Shown here piece by piece: positions 12,803 to 26,139 of a DNA stretch of 64,000 nt. Origin of the DNA: Felis catus. Its lineage: Eukaryota. The notes under the pieces are model-generated. The model was not told the DNA's origin. It saw nothing but the letters and a program-made list of their open reading frames with translations, and searched no databases. Positions within the stretch are counted from its first letter, which is position 1, and each line of letters opens with the position of its first letter. The stretch covers positions 95,730,001 through 95,794,000 of the forward strand of contig NC_058368.1 of the NCBI RefSeq assembly GCF_018350175.1, read 5' to 3'. Made by a program: the position numbers and the translations under genes.

Positions 12803-13135
12803 ATGGCTGTTTGCTAGTACCATGCAATTATCACAAACTTAGCAGCTTAAAACAATAGACATTTATGAGTTTATAGTTCTATAGTTCACATGGCCAGATA
12901 GGCTTGGGGCATTTGAGTGGCTCAGTCGGTTAAACGTCCGACTTTAGCTCACGGTTTGTGAGTTCGAGCCCCGTGTCGGGCTCTATGCTGACCCTTCACA
13001 GCCTGGAGCCTGCTTCAGATTCTGTGTCTCCCTCTCTTTGCCCCTTCCCCACTTCAAGCTCTGTCTCTCTGTCTCTCAAAAATAAATACATGTTAAGAAA
13101 AAAAAAAAGAATCAGAAGTCCAGAAGGTTTGACTT
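12803..13135 (-). mobile_element. MLT1-like (ERVL-MaLR) LTR fragment split by a SINE
   Basis: AATTATCACAAACTTAGCAGCTTAAAACAATAGACATTTAT...AGAAGTCC. Confidence 0.6.
12906..13108 (+). mobile_element. CanSINE
   Basis: Head GGGGCATTTGAGTGGCTCAGTCGG, A tail. Confidence 0.92.
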
Positions 13136-14854
13136 CTCAGTAGTGTGCCAATAAAAAGCCAGGATTTCCCCTTTAAATATTCCGGGAAATCATCATCAAA
13201 ATTTACCTTACCACCAGCATCTTTTCCCATGTTACATAAAATAGTTTTAGATTCCTCCCTCATGCATGCCCGTGTTTCATTCTGTGAAAATTGCTTTTGA
13301 AAATCCTGCTCTTTCTCATGTGGAAAGATGGCAGTCAAATTCCATGATGTAAAAAGTTGGTATCTGCCAGGGCTGAGCTTGCTAATTTTTAAAAATAAGG
13401 CAATGGTTTAAACAGAGCAAACACGGAGAAGTTTTCTTTGAAATGTGGAGTATAAGATTTCCCACCCATTCCCTGCCCTCCTTCCCCCTCCCCCTGTGCT
13501 GGTGTGGCTTATCAATGCGGTCTTTGTGAAGCCGGAGAGTGGGACACAAAGGGCTTGTTGAAAAATGCTATTTTTCATTTGCTAAATTCTATAGGAATAT
13601 AGCCCGAAGGCAGTCCACTAAAGAAAAACATCTGATGTGGTTCCATTTCTCACTTCTGCCAGGGTTCTGGAATAACAGGGCCCTTTGGGGACACCCGACA
13701 CGGATGTGCTAGTGTTGATAACACATTTTAGCCAGTCTCTTGGCTTTCTCCTTTTCGCCCTTGTAAAGGTAAATATAATGGGTGCATAGCAGTTACGTTC
13801 AGTCCCATTTTTATTCTCAAATGTAACAAGTTAGAGCTTATGGTCTTTATGGGTATCAAGCTGCCAGCCAGAAAGCCTCAAGTATTATGACAGGTATCTA
13901 CACATTGCCTGGGGGGGTCCACAGAGGGCAGAGTAAATGTCTCAGCAACCTTTTATTGTACAGTAACCGGCAAAGGGAGAACAAAGTCAATAACTTCCAT
14001 TGTTCAAAAAGCACCATTGGAAGAATTGTTTTTGCTTGTGAAAGAAAAACCCACACACCAGAGATGAAACAAACACACACAAAAAAGCAAGTATAGTATG
14101 GAGCTAACAGCCTCACTGTTTTATGGGAAATAATAGGTTGCATTCAATCTTAACCAAACAATTCAAGATTCAAAGCTGAGTAGAAAATGACCCGCTAGGC
14201 AGCCTGTGTGTGGTGTGAGCGCCATGCAGGTGATAGAAAGGCGAAGATTTCTCCCTCTCCTGTCTACTGACTGTAATCTAGAAAATAGAGAGTCATTTAA
14301 AATCAGCCATGCTTTTTCAATATCTTCAGTGAAGGATCCATCTCGATTAATTACATTCTCAAATATCAGGTTGCTTAAAAAGTCTCAATAAAAAGTCGAA
14401 AATTAGAATCGATTCCGAATCAAAAGCACACATTCTCACATTTCCAGCGTTGTCCATATGAAGTTTAGGGACGGATCTCGGTGAGGATTTTTCATGTGCT
14501 CTTAGTCTCTAGGATGCTATGTTCATAAGTTACATGGAAAGTAAAAGGGGCTTGTGGATTCCTTTGAGCAAACACCTGACCTGCGCTAAATGATTTCAGA
14601 GCTGCCTTGTTGGATTCATTTACATCAGAACTGTTCGACTGGAGGTAGCTACATAAATTCATATCGTTAATTCTGGGAAAGCCATAGGCGATGGTCGGGA
14701 TAGTTCAGGCATTTGAATAGTGCTATAAGTGCTTTTTTATTCTGAAAAATAAAAAAACAAAACCCCACAATAAACTACTAGCCAAATAACGAAACATTAG
14801 AAAGAAGAAAACAGACAACCACATCACCACTACCCCATTTCAAAATAACTTCCA

Positions 14855-15049
14855 GGGGCACCTGGGTGGCTCCGTCACTTGCCGTCCAACTTCAGCTCAG
14901 GTCATGATCATGGGTTTGAGACCTGTGTCAGGCTCTGAGCTGATAGATCAGAGCCTGGAGCCTGCTGCGGATTCTGTCTCTCCCTCTCTCTCTGCACCTC
15001 CCCTGCTTGTGCGCGCGCTCTCTCTCTCTCATATAAATAAACATTAAAA
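14855..15049 (+). mobile_element. CanSINE
   Basis: GGGGCACCTGGGTGGCTC head; ATAACTT flanks. Confidence 0.92.
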
Positions 15050-15471
15050 GATAACTTTTAATTCATATATATTCACTATTGATATATTTTAAGTAGTTGC
15101 ATTATAATGCGCCTATGCACCTATATTTTTTCTGACTTTTTTTTTCATTTAACATTGTATGTGAACATTGTTCCTTGCTAACCCATGTGCCTCAAAATTA
15201 TCATGTAAGTTTTGTATGGTGTTCAATTTGCTTAATAATGCTTTCTTTACTTAACAATTCCCTAATGAGCTATTCATTTGTAACCACTATAATTATTGGA
15301 AAGGTTACAGTGCATATACTTCCCTTATATTACTTAAGATATGCACTTAATACATTATATTTTTAAAATGACACTTAAAAAAAAATCCTTGCCTTTTATA
15401 AAGGGCTCCAGCAACCCAAGAAAGTACATAGAAAGGAAATAGGCAACAAACCAGCTAAAAAAATAAAAATA

Positions 15472-15709
15472 GGGGCGCCTGGGTGGCGCAGTCGGTTAAG
15501 CGTCCGACTTCAGCCAGGTCACGATCTCGCGGTCCGTGAGTTCGAGCCCCGCGTCAGGCTCTGGGCTGATGGCTCAGAGCCTGGAGCCTGTTTCCGATTC
15601 TGTGTCTCCCTCTCTCTCTGCCCCTCCCCCGTTTATGCTCCGTCTCTCTCTGTCCCAAAAATAAATAAACGTTGAAAAATAAATAAATAAATAAATAATA
15701 AATAAATAA
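15472..15709 (+). mobile_element. Young felid CanSINE (SINEC_Fc-like)
   Basis: Near-consensus, CpG-rich, CTGATGGCTCAGAG variant, (AAAT)n tail. Confidence 0.96.
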
Positions 15710-16105
15710 CCACATGCCAACACTCACAACTAACCATTGTTTATATTATGTCATCTTAATACCAGACATCGAACTTTTTTGTGTATGTGCATAATGTAAA
15801 TAGATAAGTAGAGAGATTTTTTTGCTTTGTGGTATTTTTTGCTTTTACCATACAGGATCATAAGTTGATGCTATTAAAACCTAATATTTAGATATAATCT
15901 GTAATAAAATTGTTGCATAGTTTTTTGTTTTAAATAATGGAAAAACAAAGGGGATTCAAGGAACTACTATATTTCAAATAAGTATTTACCATAGGGTTTA
16001 ACTTTTTGAAAGATTATTCTAACCAAAAGAAAGTGATTAGGAAAAGCAACATTGAAATTAGAATCCTCAGGTTTTCAAAACTCCTACATATAAACTTGAG
16101 ACAAT

Positions 16106-16301
16106 TCTTTTTTTTTTTCTCTGTCTTATTTATTTTGAGAGAGACAGTGCGAGTGGTGGCGGGGCAGAGAGAGAGGGAGAGCGAGAGAGTCCCAAACAGG
16201 TTCCACACTGTCAGGGCAGAGTCTGATGTGGGGCTTGAACTCATGAAACTGTTAGCTGAATCAACAGTTGGATGCTTAACCGACAGCTACCCAGGCACCC
16301 C
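16106..16301 (-). mobile_element. CanSINE
   Basis: T tail; TSD ACAATTCT. Confidence 0.9.
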
Positions 16302-16477
16302 TACACAATTCTGATTGATGCCTTGATATGAAAATATAAGGATCAGAACCCCAAACTACCTTCCCAGACTACTGCCATCATTCATCTTATCATTTTGATT
16401 ATATATATATAATCTGTATTTATATTGTGCTGTTAACTGTAACTCATATAACATTTAGTATTTCCATTAGTTTCATG

Positions 16478-16502
16478 TTTATTTTTTTAATGTTTATTTA
16501 TT

Positions 16503-16565
<63 letters not shown>

Positions 16566-16725
16566 GAGAGGGGCAGAGAGAGAGGGAGACATAGAATTGG
16601 AAACAGGCTCCAGGTGGTTAGCACAGAGTGGTTAGCACAGAGCCTGACTCGGGGCTCGAACTGAAGGTGAGATCGTGACCTGAGCCAAAGTCAGACGCTT
16701 AACCAACTGAGCCACCCAGGTGCCC
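16478..16725 (-). mobile_element. CanSINE with long (GA)n and an internal 14-bp duplication
   Basis: TSD ATTAGTTTCATGTTTA; (GA)n about 16506-16561. Confidence 0.94.
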
Positions 16726-17059
16726 TGTGATTAGTTTCATGTTTAAAAATATTTAGATCTCACCTTTCAAGTTTTCAATGTTTGTTTGTTTTTCTTACTC
16801 CTAAGTTATTGATTTGATTTCATGTGCAAATGGTGGTTCCAGGAAGGATTCAAAGTAGCATGTATTTGAGATTTTCAGCCTGTTGCCACTGTACTTAAAA
16901 ACATGTTGGCTGAGTATAATTATCTTGGGTGACAAGACTGTTCCCACTGTATTCTGTCATTGTCAGTTGCTGAGTAGAAATACGAAACCTGTCTTAATTT
17001 TTACTCTTTTTCAATGCTTTAGATTGCTTCCTTAGTTGCCTGGGAACGTATCCCACATT

Positions 17060-17490
17060 TATACCTGCATATGTACAAAATGAGATATATTCTGTATTAT
17101 TAATTATCTCACTTGCGCTGGGAAAATGTTGAAAATGTCCTAAATAGTCACTGATGAGCTCTGGTTAAATAATTTATATACATGCATATGCAGTAGAATA
17201 CTATGTGGCCAGAAAAAGATTGAAGGAGCTATTTATGTATTATGTAAAAAGATGTCTGAAAAAAAAATTGTTACATGAAAAAAAAAGCAGAATGGTACAG
17301 AATCAATGCTTCCTTTTGGTAAGGAAGGGGGAAAATAGAAATATGTGGGGTTTTTTTGGTATGTATTTGAATACAGAAACGGTGGAAGAATTCTCCAGAG
17401 ACTCTGTATCATGGAGATGGGTAGATTGTGTAGCGGTGAGCGTCAGACTCTTTAGTGTGTGTCATTTTATAATTTGATATTTGAGTCCAA
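17060..17490 (+). mobile_element. Old L1 (L1M-type) 3' fragment
   Basis: GGTTAAATAATTTATATACATGCATATGCAGTAGAATACTATGTGGCC resembles old L1 3' ends. Confidence 0.55.
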
Positions 17491-18915
17491 TGAAAACAAA
17501 CAAAAACAACAGTCCATGAAAAAGTAGGGACATAGCTATTTTATTAGATGGAAATTGGAACTTGATTTGGTGCTCGATATTTTACGGCTGGCTCTCTATG
17601 CTGGTTGATAGGCACATTTATTTACAGCAACAGTTCTATGGAAATACCATCTATTTTTACAGCTGTTTAGCAAACAGGAAGTTCAGGTCAGTGTTCTCCA
17701 TTCCCCCACTCTCCCCTCCACTGTGCTGCTTCTTCCCTTTTTTTAAACATTTTTTTTTTACAGCCTCATGATCTTGGGGCTCAAATGGGAATTACTTAGG
17801 TTCTGTAAGGCAATACTACGTAAAAATCCACTCCCTTCTGACTTTTGCGGACCCCTCACCATTTCCAGCAAATAACTTGTTTTTGATACAGCTGTAGTCT
17901 TGTTAACAAGAAGCAGAATGGATTAGGTGTAGCTACGATAAAACAAAGTTTAAGTTCCATGACTACCACCAGGTGCATTTCCAATACACAGGTCTTCAGT
18001 TTAGGGGGGAAAAAATGGCTTCACTGATATTAAGGCTGTGAATACCGGAGATAGTATCCCAAATTAAACCGTAGCTGTAGTCAAGTGTGTTGCCTACTAC
18101 CTTTGTTGGATTCCCATTTTTTTCCTATCAAGTAATAAAGAGTTTCATGTAGAGTGAACATCTAATGTGTTCCAGGCACAATAAAGGAACCAAATGAACA
18201 TGAGATAGATCCTTCCCTTCAGGAATTGTCCAGTGTATTTAGGGTCATAAAATTGAACTGCCTTAAAGGAGGATACAAATATAGTTGCATCACCTCAGAA
18301 ATAATACTGTATCGTTATTTCAAGCAATGTTTATGTTTTCATACTATAATATTTTCATATTTAATGATTCATCGGCACTATCCCTCCTTTTGATACGCAG
18401 TATGTCTAAAATAATTGAGAGTGTTCAAATGGGGACAAAGTTCCCTCATTTTAATGTGGCAATGGACTAAATTATCCTTCTCATCACTGAGATTCATTGT
18501 CACCTCTACCTTGATTAGTGACCAGAGACACTAGTCTGATAGGTTGGGCTAAAACACAAGCAAATTTGGTGATAGAAACCAGGTAGAAATCCTTATAATA
18601 ACCCTCAAGAAATAGGCTGAAGCTGTGTGGACTGAGTGTCCCTGAAAATAGAAATGAAAGGAGAGATGATCATACTGTTTGAGCGACAGAAATCTGTAGG
18701 ATGTAGGGCTGGATCAGGGTGAAGGGCAGTGGAATCAGTGCTAATGGAGAAGGGGGTCCCTTCAGGTTAGTAAGGAATAAAAGATAATAAAATGTGGTCT
18801 CCAGCTTTAAGAATAAAATGTTCTTAAGCATTTTGCGTACAAAGGCCACAGATTATTAGTCACTTATTCTTTGAACAAATACTTAAACAAATTAATAACA
18901 ATTTACTCAATGCCA

Positions 18916-19135
18916 GGGGGCACCTGGGTGGCTAAGTCAGTTGAGCCATGGCCCCTTGAATTTGGCTGAAGTCATGATCTCAGGGTTCGTGAGATGGAGC
19001 CCTCTTCTGGCTCTGCGCTGCCAGCATGGAGCCTGCATGGGATTCTCTCTCTCCCTCCGTCTCTGCCTCTCCTCCCACTCCTGTGTACTCTCTCTGTCTC
19101 TCAACATAAATACACTTCAAGAAAAAAGAGAAAAG
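18916..19135 (+). mobile_element. CanSINE
   Basis: TSD ATTTACTCAATGCCA / ATTCACTCGATGCCA. Confidence 0.92.
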
Positions 19136-19454
19136 AATTCACTCGATGCCATAGACTAAACTTGATGCTAGGAGCATAAAAATTAGAAGACAGAATTTCT
19201 ATTTTTAAACACCTCCTAGTCTAATAGAATGATAAGGATATAAGGAAATGATTACCTTACAATTATACTAAAATAGTACAAATGTCATAATAGAGAAATG
19301 ATAAGGACGGCATCTGTTGTTTATTAGTGTTGAGAATCGTGCTTATTTTTCCCCTTCTCTGCCTTGACCACAAAAGCATTGTTTACAATCTCAAGTCACA
19401 GTAAATGATTCCCTATTTTTTTCAAGTAAAAATCAATGCTTTTTAAATAATTCC

Positions 19455-19671
19455 TTTATCTTTTTTATTTTTTTAGTGTTTATTTAACTTTGAGAGGGAG
19501 AAACAGAGAGCGGGCAGGAGACGGGCAGAGAGAAAAGGAGACACAGAACATGAAGCAGGTTTCAGGCTCTGAGCTGTCAGCACAGAGCCTGACACGGGGC
19601 TTGAACTCACAACCGTGAGATCGTGACCTGAGCTGAAGTCGGACGTTGACTGACTGAGCCACCCAGGCGCC
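19455..19671 (-). mobile_element. CanSINE
   Basis: Body ending GACTGAGCCACCCAGGCGCC. Confidence 0.93.
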
Positions 19672-20872
19672 ATAGTAATTGCTTTAGAGATGGGTATACA
19701 TATGCCTGGGCCACAACCATGAGCTCCCATCACCTCTCACTAGGTCCTGAGCATCCTATCCTTCTCATTGTAAACCTGCTTTTAGACGGTGCCACTTGCA
19801 TGGACCTGGGTTGAAAAAGGAGCCCTTCTCCAACTCCTGCCTCCATCAGTGCACAAGCGTTGAAACAATAAACCGTGCCCTTCACTTTTGCATTATATAG
19901 CGACTTTTAATAGTATCGGCCATAGATGGACATAGGTTCAGTTCCTGGCTCGCTGAAGCTGAGCTACCCCTACCCCACGTGACAGCAAGGCTGTGTGGGC
20001 ACGTTACTCTTACTTGCTCTGCATTCTGTTTATTAGTTTTACTGAAGTGACCTCTCAGTGACTGCACAGAGCTGAATGCGAATGGAAAGGCAGGGAAATT
20101 TGCTCTGGAGAATGCCTTGTTCCCCTTAGTGGCAACTGTAAGAGAAGAAAGCATAGCAATTTTTTGCCTTCACAGTGGAACTGAACATGGGGGATGCTTC
20201 CTTGGGACGGGTCTGGCGTTGGAATAAGAGGTAACTCTGCTCTCTCCAGCATCTTCGCTGCTCGCTGTTGGCAGTGTCTGAGACCTGCTAATGACCACTG
20301 TGCCTCAAGGCGGAGCAGGTCCTGGTGCCTTAGAGGACTGCATTGATTTCTGGGACATCAGTCAAAGAACAGCTGAGCTCTCCAAGGAGAAACAGGATTT
20401 TACAGCTGGAAAGAGGATGTGGAGGTCCATTATTGATTCACCATCCTTCATAATTCCATCCGGGACCCGAAAGAGAACAGATTGATAGGATTTCAGAAGA
20501 ACATTAAGATCCAGCAGAAATGGCCAGGTCCTTTGGGACTCTTGTAACCCTAGCAGAGGCTTTGTGAATTGCTTGACTATTTAAAAAAAAAAAAGGAAAT
20601 TAAAAATTGCATCCCCATTAGGAATAAACTCCTACCCTCTGAAACATCCAGATGCTTTGGTTTTGGTTAGGCTTGGTGACGTGACAGAGCTCCAGCATCT
20701 GCAAAGCTCCAAATTAGCAGTTGTGCGTTTGTGGTTAAGAGTGGTCAACAAGTAAGTTACTACTGAAATGTGGTGGGTAAAATCCTTTAAAGCACGGTGG
20801 GGCGGAGGTGGGGTTTGTGGAGGAAAAAAAAAAAGGTAAATTTCATGGTAAAAGATTGGGAATTGTTTCTCT

Positions 20873-21066
20873 AGAGCTGCACTGACCAATATGCTAGACA
20901 TGAGACACATGTAGCTATTGACTTTGAAATTAAGATTCATGGATTAAAAATGTCCGTCCTCCATCACACTAGCCGCATTTCAAGTACGCAGTAGCCACTT
21001 CTGGCTCGTGGTAATGGGGGGCAGTGTGGACCTAGAATATGTAGGAAACTTTATTGGGTAGCATTG
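20873..21066. mobile_element. MER3/MER33-like hAT-Charlie relic
   Basis: AGAGCTGCACTGACCAATATG...CACATGTAGCTATTGA...CACACTAGCCGCATTTCAAGTACGCAGTAGCCAC. Confidence 0.75.
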
Positions 21067-21607
21067 AAGAACAACATTTGGTATAGACCAGAGTTTCTTA
21101 AAATATATACGTTAAAAAAAGCTTTTTTGCTGTCTATATTTTTAATTATAAAAGTATAATAGTATAAGGGATGATGGAAATTGAAACAGTACTCACTGGG
21201 ATAATACAAAACAAATCCTTTGGTGTCTTCTGTTGTCTAACATTGTTCTTTGTTTATAATATGTCTAGCGAGGTTGGCCTCCTCCACAATTGTTGATCCC
21301 CTTTCCATATACTTCTTGACTTACCAAATTCAAATAGTAGTTATAGACTCTGACATATAATAATTATATGTTTGGTTCACTCTTCCCACCCCTCTCAAGT
21401 TATGTGTCATATCGCTTTAAAAATACTGTCGTCATCAAGTAATCTAATATTCTAATGTAATAATAATTTTATTTGCTCAAGATATCCCTTACTTATTCCT
21501 ATATTTGATGAGAAAATATATGCCCCTCCATTTCCTTCCACTTCTCTTCCTTCGGTATCTCACAAACCTGATACACACCATATTACTGTTTTAGATAAAT
21601 CTACATT

Positions 21608-21828
21608 TGTTTTTATGTTAGTTTTTTTAATGTTTGCTTATTTTTGAGAGATAGAGACAGAGTGTGAGCAGGGGAGGGGCAGAGAGAAAGGGAGGCACAG
21701 AATCTGAAGCAGGCTCCAGGCTCCTAGCTGTCAATTTAGAGCCTGACACGGGACTCAAACCCATGATCCGTGAGATCGTGACCTGAACCAAAGTCGGACG
21801 CTTACCGAACTGAGCCACCCAGGTGCCC
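21608..21828 (-). mobile_element. CanSINE
   Basis: TSD AGATAAATCTACATTTGT / AGATAATCTACGTTTGT. Confidence 0.94.
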
Positions 21829-22286
21829 TGAGATAATCTACGTTTGTAATGCACACAGACACACAAAATTGAGTGTTCCAAGCTTTGCTTGTATAGTTTG
21901 AGTGTAATACTGAGGTCAAGAACCAACATAATATTATGATTGCATAAATATTCTTAGTTATAAAGTAGTGTAAGTGATTTAAAGTGATAGATACTCACTC
22001 CTTTGCCAAAGACTTGCTTTGGTTAATGAAGAATGATTATTAACATAAATTTAAAGGAGAATCTGGCTCTTAACCTGTTATACATTATTCTAGATAATCT
22101 ATGGCTTTCTCTTCTAAATTGAGATTTTATTTACTGATGTGATGCACAGCCCACATCCTGAGATTAGTTGTCTTTTTTATTTCTGAGAGTTTCTGTTTTA
22201 CCTTTTAAGCTCATTGTGTGTCTTCCTCTTTCCTTCTTGATTTTGCTGCAAAACATTCTTATGAAATTGCTTTAGAAAGGGTTTTT

Positions 22287-22451
22287 GGGGGCGCCCAGGG
22301 GGTTCAGTCAGTTAAGCGTCCGATTTCGGCTCAGGTCATGATCTCACGGTTCGTGGGTTTGAGCCCCATGTCAGGCTCTGTGCTGACAGCTCAGAGCCTC
22401 CAGCCTGCCTAGGATTCTGTGTTTCCCTCTCTCTCTGACCCTCCCCTCTTG

Positions 22452-22493
<42 letters not shown>

Positions 22494-22516
22494 AATAAAC
22501 CAACATTAAAAAAAAG
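22287..22516 (+). mobile_element. CanSINE
   Basis: GGGGGCGCCCAGGGGGTTCAGTCAG head, (CT)n, A tail. Confidence 0.93.
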
Positions 22517-24809
22517 GTGGGGGGTTTGGGTAGTAAGTTTCCTGGGTCCTTGTATGTCTAATAATTTTTTTCTCCTCATATTGGATTAAATAATGGGATG
22601 AAAATTCCAGATCCAAATCATTTTCACTAGAGATTAATATTCCGGTTATCTTTTCTTCCAGTAGCCAATCTTGATTATGCCTGGTCCTTCAATTTTAGAA
22701 CCATCATGCTTTGCTTTGCCTACAGCTCAGGTGGTGTTCGACCTTGAATACCTTCTCATTTGGCAAACCCTGTCATGTGCCAGTTACCATAGTTGTTGAT
22801 GTGATAAGGACGAATCAAACAAATGCTGTCCTTTTTATGCCCTTTGGTAAATTATCTTGTTAAGTCACTATTGGGTCCTGAAAGCAAACAGGATATGTCA
22901 ATTGCTTAACTCACTGAGCAAGTTAATTGGCTTCTTAGAAGGGATTTGGTATCTTTGGTCTTTGTTGCACATTTCTTTGGTCTCTGCACACAGAGTTCCA
23001 TGAAAACATGTGACATATAAAATATTTCAGCTTCTGCAGGAGGAAAAGGCATGCTTTCCCTCAAAATTCCCTACAACCGAACGTTTTCTTTATTCAGGGA
23101 AAGATGGACACGAATAAATGAACCTTCTGGGAAGAGATTTTTAACAATAAAACCATCATGGTAATCAGAGTTAGGAGATTTATGACATAGGAGATTTATC
23201 TGGTTTATTCTGTTACTGCAGTGAAGACCAACCCATGGCGTTTTAGGAAACTGCATTTGGGATATTCCTGAGGATTCTCAGTGAAAGAAACCAAATGATT
23301 ACTTTTGATAGGGCATTTTTTTTTTCTTCCTGAACCTTCTTCTTTTATATACTTTACCATTCTCTGTAAGAGAATGAACCATAAAAATCTAGGCAAATGG
23401 AACTTTTCCCAATTATACACGTTGAAAAATTCACAGTTGGTCAGAGAAAATGAGTATTTAGTATGTTGTTGCTGGGAGTGATTTTAAGAAAGTGTAAGTC
23501 AAATAGATTCATTTTTGGTTGGTAGCCATGTGAGCTGCTAAAAAGGGAAAATGGAAGAAATATTGATGGCATTCAGTGGAAAAAAGTGAAGTGAGAAGTC
23601 AGAAAGCCAAAACAGACTATGTATAAATAAATGTTAACGGTTAGAATGGTAAGCAGACTGTTAAATATAACAGTTATATCTACTATATATATAGTACGTA
23701 ATCTTTATTCATGAGAGATTGAGACACTTGATAATCTTTATATATATACAAGTACATGTATGGGTGTTGTAACTTAAAATCTATCTTGATGTAAAGAAGA
23801 GAAATAAAAGGTACTGATGAATCAAATAGTTATGTTAGGACTTTGCTTATGGCCTAGAATTTTTCAAGACATTTATTTTGTTCCTGTGGACAGCTCCTTC
23901 GTCAGGGCAAGGTACAATTAGGACTTTAAAAAGGGGTTAGCAGACTCGCTCAAGGTCACTTAGCTTGTTAGTGCGAACCCTGGAGGTAGGACCCACTTTA
24001 TTGGCTCCCACTTGACTGGTTTATGATTACTGTGGGTGTTGCTGTCTCAGCCCCAGAGACAAAACCAATAAACTCATACTCCTATGAAATAATGATGTGA
24101 CAATTGAGTGCCCAGCTTTGTGACCGTGCAAATAGACTAAGGGAACAACGACTTTGAGTTTCTACCCTTACAGGCAGGCATAATGGAAAGCAGAGTACTT
24201 GGGATGGGCTTTACAGGTCCTCTCAGAGCCAACTTATCTTTATGAATTCTGGGGCTAGAACAAAGTTTACTTGTCTTTGAGCCTATGCATACACGGATTT
24301 ACAGAGTTTTCTTGGGGTGGCTTTTTTTTTTTGTAATTTCCAAAAACTAATTTCATAATTATGAGATTTTCAAAGATCATATTTTTCTTACTAATCACCT
24401 TATTAAAGTGAAATAGAGTAGTAATGCAAAACAGTCACAGATGCACTCAGGATCTAGGAAGAGATTTCCATCATGGCCACAAGAATGTCTTAGATGTAGA
24501 AAAAACACATATCAAAAAGGAAACCATTTATGGCATACACTACATTTTAATTTGAAATGTTCATATAATTAAGAGGCGACATTAAAAAGAAAACAAGACA
24601 ACTGATTCAGACAATGTATTTGCTGTGGGTATAAATGACACTAAATAAGTATCAAATTTCCACAAATGAGACAAAAAGACAACTGATTGAGAGAATGAAT
24701 TTGATGTGGGTATAAATGATGATAAATTAGTGTCAAGAATTTCCACAACTTAACTTACAAAAATGGGCAGAAGATTTAAAGTGGATGGCTAGAATTACAG
24801 TAAAATATT

Positions 24810-25031
24810 TTGTTTTAATTTTTTTTTAGTGTTTATTTAGTTTTGAGAGACAGAGAGACAGAGCACGATCAGGGGAGGGGCAGAGAGAGGGAGGCAGAAA
24901 GAGAATCTGAAGCAGGCTCCAGGGTCTGAGCTGTCAGCACAGAGCCCAACGCGGGGCTCGAACTCATGAATACAACATCGTGACCTGAGCTGAAGTCGGA
25001 CGCTCACCCGACTGAGTCACCCAGGTGCCCC
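24810..25031 (-). mobile_element. CanSINE
   Basis: TSD AGTAAAATATTTT. Confidence 0.94.
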
Positions 25032-25597
25032 TATAGTAAAATATTTTTAACCTCACTGGTAATTCTGAAAATTAAAATGAAATCTATAAGATAATATTTT
25101 TTCATTGGCAGTTTTTTTTTAATTGCAATAATGCATGTTGAAAAGGCTCTGGGAAACAACTTTTAATAACTCTTGGAAGTTGTATACGTTGTTCCAGCTA
25201 CTTGGGGAAACAATATGGCAAATACACTGAAGTTGAACATGCACATACCTCACCATAGGGCATTTGCATTCTTAAAGATATTCCCCAAAGAAGCTTCGAT
25301 ACCTTTGTACAAGGAGACATGTACAGAGAGCTACAATGTAGTGTTTACAATAGAGAAACTTGGAAAGCATACAAATATCCTTCAGCAAACAAAGTGATAA
25401 ATTATGGTAGATTCCTTAAGCAGGATCTCATATACCGCAGTTATAGTAAGTGTTCTAGAATGTATCTGTAATAGTCAACCTAGATTTCCAAAACATAAAG
25501 TAGGTACACTTTATAGTGCTACATTTTGTAAGTACATTTTTAGTATAGTATGAAAGCATTTGTAATTTTCACACACCATGTGAAACAGTTTAAAGAA

Positions 25598-25806
25598 ATT
25601 TTTTTTTAATCTTTGTTTTTGAGAGAGAGACACAGAGGGTGAGCCTGGGAGGGACAGAGACAGAGAGGGAGACACAGAATCGGAAGCAGGCTCCAGGCTC
25701 TGAGCTGTCAGCACAGAGCCTGACTTGGGGCTCGAACTCACGAACAAGGAGATCATGACCTGAGCTGAAGTCGGACATTCAACTGACTGAGCCACCCAGG
25801 CACCCC
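25598..25806 (-). mobile_element. CanSINE
   Basis: TSD TGAAACAGTT. Confidence 0.94.
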
Positions 25807-25996
25807 TGAAACAGTTGTGTACAATGTTTCTAGATACATATGCAGTGAAAGTATACCAATTTAGTTTGTATACAAAGTAGTAGTTATTGACATTGTTGAT
25901 GGAGATATTTGTCTCAGAGGAGAAAAGGAGGAGATGATGGGAGGCCGCTGGTTTGTCTGTAATACCTTCTTCACTGCCATTCCCCGCACCAGGGGA

Positions 25997-26053
25997 AAAC
26001 AACAACAACAACAACAACAACAACAAATAAACAAAAACAAAACAAAAACAAAA
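25997..26053. repeat. (AAC)n/(AAAAC)n microsatellite
   Basis: Visible AAC and AAAAC arrays. Confidence 0.9.
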
Positions 26054-26139
26054 CCTCTGTCAGAAAGGTAATATTCTTTCCTAATACTACTTTTTTATTC
26101 TTTAAGTATTTTTAATTAAAAAAAAAAAAAAGGAAAAAT

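Larger units (their letters stand above)
24480..26110 (+). mobile_element. Old L1 (L1ME-type) ORF2 end/3' UTR remnant interrupted by two SINEs
   Basis: AAAAATGGGCAGAAGATTTAAA, TTGGGGAAACAATATGGCAAAT, GATAAATTATGGTAGATTC motifs typical of L1 3' region. Confidence 0.6.

Noticed and set aside
25511..26026. 171-aa ORF with a signal-peptide-like poly-Leu start
   Set aside because: The poly-Leu comes from the (AAC)n microsatellite and the ORF runs through L1 and SINE sequence.
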